DNA of 64,000 nucleotides. Source: Amphiscolops sp. MND2022. Its lineage: Eukaryota. Both the position numbers and the translations under genes were made by a program. A model generated the notes under the pieces. That model was not told the DNA's origin and made no database searches. It saw nothing but the letters and a program-made list of their open reading frames with translations. Location of the stretch: positions 54,002,001 through 54,066,000 of the forward strand of contig OZ076419.1 in assembly GCA_964187785.1 (NCBI GenBank), given 5' to 3'. Shown piece after piece: positions 46,746-58,631 of the stretch; positions within the stretch are counted from its first letter, which is position 1; each line of letters opens with the position of its first letter.

Positions 46746-47395
46746 TCAGTTTCTGTGTCTGCGGAATAATAGTTGTTGTAGCGCACTTCCACGACCCCCA
46801 GAGTCATTGAGATTGACGTGATTGTAATCAAACCAGCAGCCAGTACTTTATGGTGATTCGGCGTTAGCTTTAGAGATGGTTGGCAAACTAGCATATATCT
46901 CACAAAAGCCGTGGCTGTCAAGCAAAACCCAGTACTGTATTCATTTAGAAAAGTTCTTAGCTCCAGAAGAACACAACCTAGTAACCCACCAATCCGGTGG
47001 AAGATTTCAAACTCCATGATAGGAACATACGGAGAACCACGGTAACCATCGCTGGCAAAATATTTCGCAATTGCATCGTATTTTTCCATTAGTTTCCACT
47101 CATAGACCACATTCGCAATTCCCGGGCCGCAGATGTCGATGAAACCTTGCATTATGACAGGAAAAAATTTCCAAGATCGGAAGTCTTTATGTCTCAGGAG
47201 AAACGCAAGAAGCAGCATGTTAAAAACTACAGATTGAATACTGAAAAAAGTGCTTAGACCGAGTTTCATTTTCATCATCTTAATGAAGAACCCATCCACG
47301 TGAAGTCCGTTTTTATTTTCCATGACATAGAACCATTCATCCTGCAGATGGAGGTTAGCAACTGGGGTAACCTCCGAGCTGGTATTTATACCCAT
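46746..47395 (-). CDS. Class A (rhodopsin-like) GPCR, exon encoding the N-terminus and TM1-TM4
   Basis: ATG at 47395; N-glycosylation site NTS; TM1 ...SVVFNMLLL; TM2 MQGFIDI; TM3 GC...TAFVRYMLVCQP (DRY-like); TM4 VLAAGLITITSISM. It ends at a consensus donor GA|GTGAGT (46745). About 217 open codons. Confidence 0.85.
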
Positions 47396-48391
47396 GATTG
47401 CCAATCATACAAGCATGGAAGTTTTGGCAGTAGAAAACTCTCAAAGAAGTAGATAATCGATCTGCGCGTAATAGACTGGTGGGGTTCAGTTTAAAGCACA
47501 CTCGAGATAACGACAGCCTCTTCTTATTGGTAGGCGCTGTTCAACGTTAACGGTGTTTGTGCCTGTTCATAGTTTGTTGGTTCAAAAACGTTTATTAATA
47601 GTTTAGAAATGCGAGGTTTTTGATCTATTTGACGTACTGGGTCAATCTGCAATCTTCAAAAACTACAAAATTGAAACTCAATGGTACATCTGTTTGAGCG
47701 TTGCTCCATAGCAATTCAAAAGCTGCAAACTTGTTAGGGACTCTCTGAACTCACTTTGCGGTGACCCAATCATGATGGATGAAAAATATGGGTACAATGA
47801 ATGCTCAACAGTTCGAAGATTTGTTTTGAAAAAGTGCATAGCTTTTGTATCTGGACCGGCCAGAAAAATCTTGAGTTTCGGAACAGATTTTGACCATTTC
47901 TGACAAAGTTTCCACATACGTAAAAAATTCGTTGTATGTGAAAAAGGATGACATCGGTAACTGAAAAACGCCTAGTGACTGACATGTTGTCACAAATCTC
48001 CTTAACGCAAGATAACGTATAACTATAAAACACAAAAGCACATATGAGCCCATATTCACATCACATCGAGGCGTTCCGTTCCTTTGTCACGTGATTTATA
48101 CATAGTCAACATAACAGCACAAAATTAGTTCGTACCAACTGCATGAGCAAGTTACAGTACCCGCATGAGGAAAAAATTTGAAAAAAATCCCGAAAGTTTT
48201 TTTGATTTTTTTTGAAATTTTTTTTGGTCTCCGATAAGTGTCATAGTTCCGAAAAATGTAAAAGGGGGGCCTTTGGTGAATTTTTGAATATCCATTCTTT
48301 TGCAAAATTGAAGGGGGAGACTATGGAGTTATTTAAAAAAATTGAGAAAAAAGTCTCACAAAGCCGAAAAAAACCTGTACAAAAAAACTTT

Positions 48392-48421
48392 TGGTCATGG
48401 GCGGGACTCGAACCCACGTCC
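48392..48421 (-). repeat. tRNA 3'-half fragment (T-arm, B-box, CCA and oligo-T) within a degenerate interspersed repeat
   Basis: - strand GGACGTGGGTTCGAGTCCCGCCCATGACCA followed by AAAGTTTTTTT. No 5' half. Confidence 0.55.
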
Positions 48422-48639
48422 CTCAAAAAAACCTAATTAACCTTTATGTCAAGTGCCAGTGGAAGTAGTGTGGCATTTAGTGTTAGTGCAAGTCAGCCTA
48501 TAAAGCTTATAAAATCTAGTCACTACAATACTCTGCGTTTTCTACGAAAAGCGCCGACTAAAAAAACATGACAGAATCAAAAGATTGGCGGGTTAGTTCA
48601 TAATCGTGTTAGAACATAAACAAAATATTTGCTTTCTAC

Positions 48640-50762
48640 TTGGATTCTAATTCAGACTGGCAGTTACTAGTTTTTTTTTCTAGATTCGACCCACAGTATC
48701 AACTCAACTGTGTGGATCTGACAGAATAAGAACATGGATAACAGTTTTGAGAATTGGTTTGGAAATAACATCTTTATGAGGGTCCTTTTTTCTCAATTGT
48801 CGATGCTTTGCTTTTTTTCATTGGAATTACTCAGTTAAACAAACAAACCAACAAACGAGAGCACGTTGTTTTTATAGCTTATTAAATCTACAAGCAGGTC
48901 TGGAGAACGTCTGAAGAAACATAGACTGTGATAGAGAAGAGCAAAAATAAATGTGCTTAGCAATTCGGTCGCTGAGAGTAATTACTCAACTGACTGAGCC
49001 TTGGTCAGCAAAAATTTTTATTGAAGAAGCTCAAAAATGCAATTTATTGTTTCCCAGAAGCTCCGCGAAAAAATTTCCTGAAAAATCTGTACGGAAAATC
49101 TTTGAACATCCTTAAAGATCCTTGCAGATCTGCAGTTGTCCTTACGTAGCAGTGGCACGATCTTTACAGATCCTCAAGGAAAAAAGGCTCACAGATCTGT
49201 ACAGATTCTCAAGGAAAGCTCAACATGGGAATACTGGCTTCAAAAACAAAAAGAACAAAAGTTTCATTTGATGGAGCGGCCTGTCAAAAATTTTAAATGA
49301 AATGAAATTGAATACTGATAAGTGAAAGAAAAATACAGCACGTTCAAAAGAGAGGTCTCATCATTGTTTCGGAATTCAATTTTTCCAATACCATGTTTTT
49401 TCCATACAGTTATTATTTTTAGTCGGCGCTTTATCCTTTCAAGTAAAAATGCCCGACTATAGCAATGACTTTTCTTCTTCAGACTACAATCCTCACACTG
49501 ATCGGTCCACTATTTAGAATTAATCCTGAAACCACCTAAGACCAAATCCCGCCAAGGCAAACTTAGTCCAAAGGTTCCCCCTTTCATTTTTTACTTTTTC
49601 AAGGTAACCCACAAATCCGGACGGGACTAAAAGAGTCCCCCCTTTTCGATTTTATTTCGGCACTGTGCGACTGTTTCAGAAAAAATTTCAAATGTCTCAT
49701 AAGGGTCCCTCCTTCGAGTTTTGCAACTGAATGAATGTTAATAAAACCAGAAGGGTCCTTTTACATCCTTTTAATTTTTCGGCACAATGCAACTTTTTTT
49801 GAAAGAATTTAAAAAAAATTCAAGTTTTTTTCCAATAAAATGTTTGAGCCTTAGATATTGCGCCGACTTTAGACGTTCTCGTCTTGTTTACTTTTCTTCA
49901 AATTTTTTTCTCACAAAAGTTCTGAGACTACTTAATAACTACATAAATAAATCATTTTCCCTGTGATTTGGCTCAATGCTTGTGTGTCATAGCTGTTTTC
50001 GCAAAGTTCAGTCAGCCGAAGTCATGTTATTCTCACCTAAACTTTCTAGACAATCAACAATTATAACTATTATTGTGCCTTTTGGGTCTCTAGTTCCTAC
50101 TGTTTGTCATCTACCTCAAGCAAAGAGAAGTTTTGGATGCGATAATGGTTTAAATTTGTCCTTGTCTCCAAAAACGGAGTTGTATAATAGTCAGCTATCA
50201 GAAAAATTTGTTTTACAAAGCAGATGAAGAGAGAAATGAAACACTGCTCGGCTTGAAAGGTTTTTGACTAGTGATAGCAATTCTGTCACTAATCATTTCC
50301 TAGCATGTCAGTCGATTTTTGATCATCAGTTTTGTATGAAAAGATAAATCACATTGCGTCAAATGAGGTTTTTCTATTGAGAGATTACAATTTCATAGCT
50401 GCATGACAACCAAAAAAACATAAGTCACGTACTGTTATTTTTGCTGTTGTAAACTGGTCAAATTACGAAGCTGTGTCAACTAGTGTAACGTCCTATCAAT
50501 GCGTGTAATGTGTGACAAGTGTGAATCTTCCTAAAAACATTCGTTTTGGACGCACTGATTGGACGAAAATCGAACTAGCAGGATTCTGTTAGTTTTTACC
50601 GGCATGTGTTTCTTAATGATGGATAACAGTTTTGAGACTTGTTTTGGAAGTAATGTTTTTTTGAGGGGCCATCTTTTTAACTTTTTCATGCATTGCGTTC
50701 TTCATTAGAATAGCTCAGTTAAACAAATAAAACGATACCAAGTTGAATTTGTTTTTTCCACC
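48640..50762. repeat. Degenerate non-autonomous repeat units that continue on the far side of element 2 (61853-62420)
   Basis: Shared blocks: ATGGATAACAGTTTTGAG (48734, 50618), TCAGTTAAAC (48831, 50716), CACGTTCAAA..AGAGGTCTCATC (49340, 61990), GATGATTTGGCTC-like (49963, 62159). An inverted AAAGCGCCGACTAAAAA pair lies at 48548 and 49416. Confidence 0.55.
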
Positions 50763-52934
50763 TGTCACCACCCGCTCCCCTTCGAAAAGTCACTTGTTGC
50801 TCAGAGATACCCGGATTCAGGAATGGAGCTGGTCACGGCAAATACTATTAAGTATTTCAATTCAACTAATTCTACTTACAGTACAGCTAACAAACCTGTA
50901 GATAATTTTTCCGAATAACAAATTTGACGCCACGTTTTCACACGTAACGTTATTCTTTATTTCCGGTTTCGTCTTCTGAAATTTCCATACTAATCTAAAT
51001 ACTAAGACAGAAACACTTTCCAAAATGGGATCATTTCTTGCTTCTCAACACTAAAAAGAAACATTGAAAATAATATTTAACTCCGCGATCCCAACGGAGT
51101 TCATACAATCTAAAGTGAAAAGGACATACAAAATAGTATAGAGGAATTGTTTTCCAGTATTGAAGTAGTTGTCAATATCCACTTGAAATCTCAGTCAAGT
51201 GATTTTAAGCATATGTTTACAACGTTATGACAGCGTCACTCAACCAAGCTGGCAACCGGTGTTTCTAATTTTACGGACCAATACCGTCGCTTCTCAACTG
51301 AATTATTTGAGCTCAAGCTAATAGAATCGTGCTTGGTTGCCCCTAGCAACGCCGACTAGCCGAGAGAAATAGAATGAAATCGACTAAGCTCTCTGCTTTT
51401 CCTCCGCCAGCCACCGCTGCTCAACTATACCTAATCGTAATACGTACGGAGCGACTACGATGCAGATTGTAAAATTGTACTCCGTTGCTCAGCTGTAACT
51501 AATCTTAATACGTACGGAGCATCTACGGAGCGGATTGTAAAATGATGAATATGAAAAGAAGCTTGTTGGTAATCCTAAGAATGATTTTACAGAACAACGC
51601 ACTTTGTGAATATGATCCAACATATCAAAACTGTACTATAAGATAGAATATGATGAAAGTATCATTGAATTGTGTGCTATATTGAATTACATTTTGGTGG
51701 TAATTACAAGGGCTACGTTTACCTTACGTTGCGAATAACCTGGTTCAAAGAAAGTTATAATCAGATATCTTATCATATGTATAACTTATAATGCAGTTGA
51801 AGGACCGAAATCACAACGTGAGGTCATTAGTTTTTTAATCTGCAAATACTTGAGCCAAGGCCTCTATGCTTACTTTACAATTGATCTTAATCATGCGGTG
51901 CTACTAATGCTGTGTTTGTTTTGTTGTTTGGACTTTTGGATTCGTATCATCTCAAAGTAACGGAGTGTTTTCGTTGATGTCAAGTTTTGTTGTTGTTTAT
52001 TTAATCACGTAGAATAGTACAATTTGATATTAGTTTGAAAACTGTATCTTAACCAGTGCAATATCATTTCATGTCATTAACAATTAGTGTAGTACGTTAT
52101 CCCAGCATCGTTTGTTCCTTTCAATGTCTAAATGTTTCCAATTCCAAATTTCTTTGCTCCGCTTTAGTTCCGTCATCATTTTTCCGAGTCATACCTTTGC
52201 TTGAACGAAAAAGATTGCAACAAAGTTTTACGGAATAGTGACGCAACTAGGATTTTTAATGCTTAGTTTTTTATGACGCGGGACTGAAATAATTTGAATC
52301 ATTAGCACTTTTTGATGAACAAATCCGTTTTTTAGATACCTAGGAAGTTTTAGGTGAAGAACAAATGATGCTAGGAAACTATAAATAGGTAGAGACATGT
52401 AAAATTAGTTAGTCAATCTTGTAATCGTTTTCACGTTCAATTGTTCTGTTGTATCAACGAAAACTGTCGTTGCCGATTTCACCAATTCCAAGGACCCTCT
52501 TTCTTTTCTATTCAAAAATGACAACCAGAAGTCAAAAGTGAAAAGCTGTAGACGAATTAGTTTCCGGAGAATTTGAAGCTTTCGTAGCTGAAAATAATTC
52601 ATCTGATAACCTAGTTGCTGGACCTTGCAAAACTCTTGAGTTGAACCCGATAATCTTGACGAGATAAAAACATTTCTGATAAAGTGATAAAAACATTTCT
52701 GAGAGAAAAAACTTTCTAAAAAAGAAATCATTTCTGATTTACCAAAGATATTAGCCGAAAATCAAAAAGAAATGCTTAAGTTGATAGCACCTTTGAGTAA
52801 AAAACATCCTGAACATCTGAACATTCAAGACTCTGATTCTGAGCTAGAAAACATCTCCGTTGCCAGAACGTCCACACCTGTGAAAATAACAATTGCGACT
52901 AACTCTAAAACAAGTCGGACCAGGAGTCGTAACA
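50763..52934 (+). repeat. 5' LTR of element 2 (2172 bp)
   Basis: Co-linear with 59541-61852, ~89% identical in a 120-bp sample. Lacks ~135 bp present at ~61045-61170. Internal 68-bp tandem pair at ~51419-51545. Confidence 0.95.
51336..51350. promoter_or_regulatory. RFX X-box in the LTR (copy at 60172-60186)
   Basis: GTTGCC-CCT-AGCAAC fits the consensus GTNRCC(N0-3)RGYAAC and is identical in both LTRs. A CCAAT box lies ~55 bp upstream. Confidence 0.5.
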
Positions 52935-53990
52935 TAGTGACAGTAGTCCTGGATGACTCTACGAACCAACCTACAAAAAGGCCACAGTCCCTCAACATCT
53001 AAAATCCTGTTCGCACCTCAACCGCAATGTTTCCCATCCACCAACTTGTTCCCAATGCCGAAAGCTCTTACAGCTTCGCTACCCGTTTCCGATGGTAAGT
53101 CCGAAAAATTTGAACTTTTTAAGGACTTATTCCGAAATGACATCAAAATATATCGTCATCTAACTGAGATACGAAAAATCAAATACCTCCATTCGCTACT
53201 ACAAGGAAACGCACTTCAAGCGTACCGCAACCTTAAGGATGCTAAAAACGACAATCTAGAAGAAGTTATAACGGCATTCAAACGTCGTTTTGTGGATTTC
53301 CAACCCTCCGCAAAGGCAAGATGCGAATGGGATGCGCTGCACTTCAATCCCACAAAACAAAAACTGTATGAATTCCTTGATATCCTGCAGAAAACTGCTG
53401 AAGAAGCGTTCGGTTTTGAAGCGCAAAGGTTCATTGACAAAGCCATATACGCCAAAAAGCCCGAACACGTTAAAAAAGATTCTCAACCAGGCTTACCTAG
53501 AAGACAAGCGCTACAACGATACCGTTCTGCATCTTGAGCGAGAGATGCGATTAAACGGACCAGGAGCGCCTGATGAAACGACCTTAGTCCCTCTCAACAC
53601 AGTGCACGCAGTAGTGACGGAAGACAAGAAGGAACAATAACAAAGAGGTTATTGCTTCCGTTGTGGTAAGTATTGCCACTACAAAGCACAGTGTTGCCGG
53701 CTCCGAAAAGAACGATACTACGCATCTAAAACGAGCACTACCAACACAAACCAAGCAGATGCACCAAAACGCCAGTGTAATACGTGCGGCGGAATGCACA
53801 TTACCGAGAATTGGTGGTACGGAGTTAACGCGGCAAAAAATCCAAGAAAGAACAAACGAGAGTTTGCTATACCAACCGATAAATTCAACGAACAACCCGC
53901 ACCCACATCACAACCAAAAGCTAAAAGCGCCGCGCCTACGCTTCGGGGAAAAAGTAGACGCGAGGGCATACATCATCGAAAATCCCCCAA
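52518..53990 (+). pseudogene. gag: gag of element 2, beginning inside the LTR, frameshifted
   Basis: ATG ACA ACC AGA AGT CAA at 52518. The frame crosses the LTR/PBS (RSRN|IVTVVLDD). Capsid-like DGKSEKFELFKDLF...YLHSLLQGNALQ; CCHC knuckle CFRCGKYCHYKAQC (~53655); second degenerate knuckle CNTCGGMH. Confidence 0.88.
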
Positions 53991-54424
53991 ATAATTTCGA
54001 AGATTTTCTAACCTACTGAAGAACCTACTGAAGATTGGCAACGACGCTGAAACGTAGGTATGATTCTTCGACACAACGCCAGACGTCCGGATGATCCAAA
54101 ACTACTTCCACAATGGATAACTGAGTCACCTGATAACTATGCAACACTTAAAAGACCACTACCAGAATCGAAAACTGACAGGATTTGCGTTTACGATAAA
54201 GACTACCGCTGGGATCCGTGAGATGAACCAACGATCTACGATGCAAACACTATCTTTCGAATTACAAATCCCCAACCCACAAACATGCTCAGAAACGGAA
54301 CCAACATATCTTCATCACCATCACTTATCCCAAAAACGTCAGAACCAACGCCAACAGAACCCGTCACGATAACGTCCACACCATTAGATGCAGAGAACAT
54401 CATCTGCATAGAAGACAAAACGAT

Positions 54425-57400
54425 ATGGTTACGACAAGCAAGACAACAAGAGAAGACACACTTTTTGCCCCACCACCGCCACAAACGGCACCCGCCACGG
54501 AAGCACCAGACAACAATGACGAAACAACGGAGTGTCCCTCATCACTACCCGAAGATCTAAATGTCATCAAAGAATTCATCCAACACGATAAAGATGACGA
54601 CTTCATCCCGTTAATGTCTGCAATAACCCTAAAGAAGAAGAAGAGAATGCTTTTCCGACCGGTTGAAGTTCATGATGTCAAGATTGACGCGTTAGTAGAT
54701 TCAGGTGCATACATTAACGCCATTAGTGAAGGGGATGCCGAAAAAAACACAATGCAAGCCAATGCACATCCACCCTTCAAAGTAAACTACGCTAATGCCG
54801 AACTACAACAACCACTTGCTACGTACACACTACGGTTCAAATTTGGGGATTACACCTTCGAAGAAATGTTCATCATCATTAACCAGACGTCATTACCCAT
54901 AATGGGATTGGCGTTCCTACGGAAACATGCTGCAATCCACGATACTGCCCAAGGTACCATCGACTTCCCGAAGATCCAGATTACAATCGCGCTATCTGAT
55001 GAAATGCAAAAATGCAACCTAAAACCCATCACCGTCAAGACGGAAGGTAAACATACTATACCCGCACAATCCACGCGTATCATATACGCGTCACTCCCTG
55101 TGGGTAATGATCACCCAATCACTGGGACTATACAACCCCTACCACAGTTTGACGAGTGTGCAAAACTCATAGTAGCGCCGGCATTAACAACCGCCAGAGA
55201 CAAGAAGGTAGCTATAAAAAATGCCAATACAACGGATTTTCCCTACACAAGAACTGCAGACACCAAGCTGGCCGATGTGCAGATTTTGAAACCAGAAGAA
55301 ACGAAAAAGATCCGTCAAGTCGACATAGCTGCACTCAATCTCTTAACAGAACACGACGACGTCGTAACGTACATCAATGCTTTGAAGCAAGTAGAACGAC
55401 CTGAAGACAACGAATAAAAGTTCTGGTTCCCAACTCCGGAAAACTCTGGAAATACAGAAGAACTCACCGATACAAAAACGGATTCTGAAAGCATTACGGG
55501 AATTAGCCGAACTTGAAAAACTTGACCCAATTGAAAACGACGATTCCTGGAAAAAGTTCCTTGCAATGTTCCAATGGACCGACCTACTCATCTCGGGGAA
55601 GGACCGAGAAAACCTCGAAAACACAATAGTAGAATTCGACGACATCATCGCCCGCCATACACTCGACATTGGCATGAATACGCAATTCAAGGTCAGCTTA
55701 ACCCCAAAAGATGACAAACACGTATACACTCAAATTCTACCAGTTCCGAACAATCTCGAGGAAGACCTGACAGTAGAGTTAGCCCTCATGCACCGATACG
55801 GAATCATCACGAGACTACCTTTACAAGCCCTAACATCGCCCAACGAAAACTCAGCGGCAAGCTGAGACTATTGGTGGATCTGCGCAAGATCAAAGCACTC
55901 ATCGCAGATGACTACATCAACAACAACCACATGTCAGCACCCTTTCAGATGCGGCACAACGTCTAGCAGGGAAAAACTGTTCTGCAAACTCGATTGCTCC
56001 CAAGACTACCACTGCCTTCAGATTGCAGTTCAAAGGTCAATAGACTTACTTCCTTTTAACTTTGCTAAAAGGACGTTTGCCTATCGGAGACTAGCCAAGG
56101 ACTCAGAAGGGCTCTGTCAGCCTTTTCGAGTTTCATTAGTGAGTACCGTGACTCAGGTCATCAAATCAGACTAATGTGCCCAGTACGTCGATGACAATGG
56201 GAACGTCGCAAATACAACGGATCAGCTCATCAAAATTAGGAGAGCAGTTTTCAAGTGCATCAGAGAAGCGGCGTTGAAGCTGACAATTGAAAAATGCCAC
56301 TTTTCAGTAACTCGAATTTCTCGGCAGAACAATCACCCCAGATGGAATAGCGCCGCAAGACCAAAAAGTCAAAAATTTCATGTCCAAGGTACGTTTTCCA
56401 AAATCAAAGAAACAAGTTCAAAAATTCGTTGGTTTTGTGAACTATTACCGAACTTACATACCACGCCTATCAGAAAAACTTATCGGCATGTACGAAAACC
56501 TCAAAGCGGACGCCAAAAATAGAATCTCAGAAGAACTCGTCGACAATTTCAAAGAAATCAACGCCAGCCTAGCGGAAGCCTGTGGATTAGCACTACGACA
56601 GCCCGTAGCTGGAAAACAATACGTCCTTTTGACCGAGGCGAGCTTCCGTGCATCAGGTTATGCACTCATGATAGAGGAAATTGAAGAACAGAAACTCCTC
56701 TCAAAACGGAAAACCTTCGCACAAGTAGCGTTCGGATCACGTGTCTTCTTACCAGCCCAACTAAAGATGTCCATGTATTGCAAACAATATCTGGCCATGT
56801 ACCATGCTTTTTTTGAATACAGACACATCTTGTGGGAAACAACGATACCAACACTCGTATTAACAGACAACAGATCAGTAACCAGGTTCTTCCAAACGAA
56901 AACAACACCACCTGCATTATGCAATGCCTGTGACTACGTCTTACAGTTCAAATTCCGTATCATGCACGTAGCAGGCTCCCAAAATACGGCAGCAGATTTC
57001 CTTTCCCGACTGGAACCAACACCCAAGGAAAAAGTACAACTGAAGTTACGGGACGACATCCTAACATCACCGATCGAAGTCAATCTCCAATCGACAGACG
57101 TCGCGGACGAAGAACAACTTTTCTTCTTACCAGATGAAGAAGAAGAATCGGAACAGGAAATTGTTGCCAGGAAAGCCCATAGCAAACAACGCGCTATCGA
57201 TGACCACGAGAAAGAACTGTCTACAAAAGTAACCCAAGTAATCAAGATGCCACTCAACTCCGCGGTTTACACGTTGGGAGCAATCAAAGAAAATGCGCGC
57301 TTCAGAAACGAACATAATGCGGATCCTCTCCTCAAAGCACTTAAACGACCGATACTACACGAAGAGTACCACAAACACCTTCTCAGAACAGAGCCGCGAG

Positions 57401-58010
57401 GAAGAAGTCTACTACGAAATGGAGACAGAATAAGCATGAAAGATTGCGTACTCATGGCACAAATACGTTCAGATTGCAGTCATGAACTATAACACCCGCT
57501 ATCATGAGAGCTTAGGCTGCGAATCATCGACAGTATTCCACGGACGTATCCCGTATAACATCCTGGACATCAAACTGGGATTGGAGGCAGAATGGTGGAA
57601 GGATAACAGCGAAGACCTAACGGACGAACTGCAAAAACAAATTGCCGAAATATTTCAGGCTGCTAAAAAAATCTGATGCAATCCTACGTCAAGTACAAAC
57701 AGTATTACGACAAGAAAGCGACTGCTACGCCACTCAAAGTCAACGATTACTGTTAAGTTCTCAATCCGAAAGCAGACAACCAATCAATGAAATTCGCTTT
57801 CAAAAATTGAATGGGGACTGGACCTCATGTAGTAGTCAAAGTAGTTTCGAGTAACAACATCGTCGTAAGAAGAACGGGTACAAGGTATACTCAAACCCTC
57901 CATAAAATTCGCCTAAAGCTATATGCACCCAATCAGCGAGTACCTGACGTAACAGTCAGAAGGGAAGATTATCTTCCAGACCCATAGATTAAAACAACCC
58001 ACAGTGATTG
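54425..58010 (+). pseudogene. pol: pol of element 2: protease, RT, RNase H, and an integrase lacking its HHCC and DDE core
   Basis: ALVDSGAYIN; KLFCKLDCSQ; QYVDD (56184-56195); LLTEASFRASGY, TDNRS, AADFLSRLE. A jump at ~57455 leads from KDCVLM to WHKYVQIAVMNYNT; GPY/F-type WTGPHVV near 57815. Confidence 0.92.
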
Positions 58011-58631
58011 GTACACGCAGGCTTGGGAAACCGAATTCGGAGAAGTCCTGTTCGGAAATACCATAGAAAATTCATCAGAAGAAATCATAGTTACAGAAGT
58101 CACGAACAAAACACAAGATGGCGGACAAAACGAACGGGCAACTACAACGGAAAATAATGTGGTTAAAACAGCCACAGTTGAAAATTGTGATGGGGATAAA
58201 ACATCCTCCGATAACGTAATGTCATTTAATCTGAACGTCAGTGACAATCCCTATAATTTGACCCAACGGCCTATCGAAAGCTCTCCCAAAACTCCAAATT
58301 GCCATCTGTCGTCGTTGGATATAACCCTAGGAAGACTGTAAGATACAGCATACGTCCTAATCCTAGACCTGATGAACATCCCGATTTTGGGATGCTTGAT
58401 GCTGTCACTACGGTGGAGACGTCTCAATCTGAAAGTTGAACAAAAATAGTTAGCAGACCAGACAGAACCGTAATAGCTAAGTTAATTTTTTTCCTCTCTT
58501 CTCTCCTCTAAAGAATAAATACAGAAGACAACAAAAATGACGCAAACTCCAAAGATTTCAAATACAATAATAATTGAAATAAACTATCCAAAGATCAAAA
58601 TGAAGAACAAAGAGAAAGGACTACAACTTTT

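Noticed and set aside
47805-48059. YVLLCFIVIRYLAL resembling a GPCR TM3 end
   Set aside because: Isolated 14-aa resemblance without flanking helices or splice support.
53216-57455. Many 60-130-aa ORFs antisense to gag and pol (and to pPolB at 23806-24306, etc.)
   Set aside because: Shadow ORFs of real coding frames, with no independent motifs.
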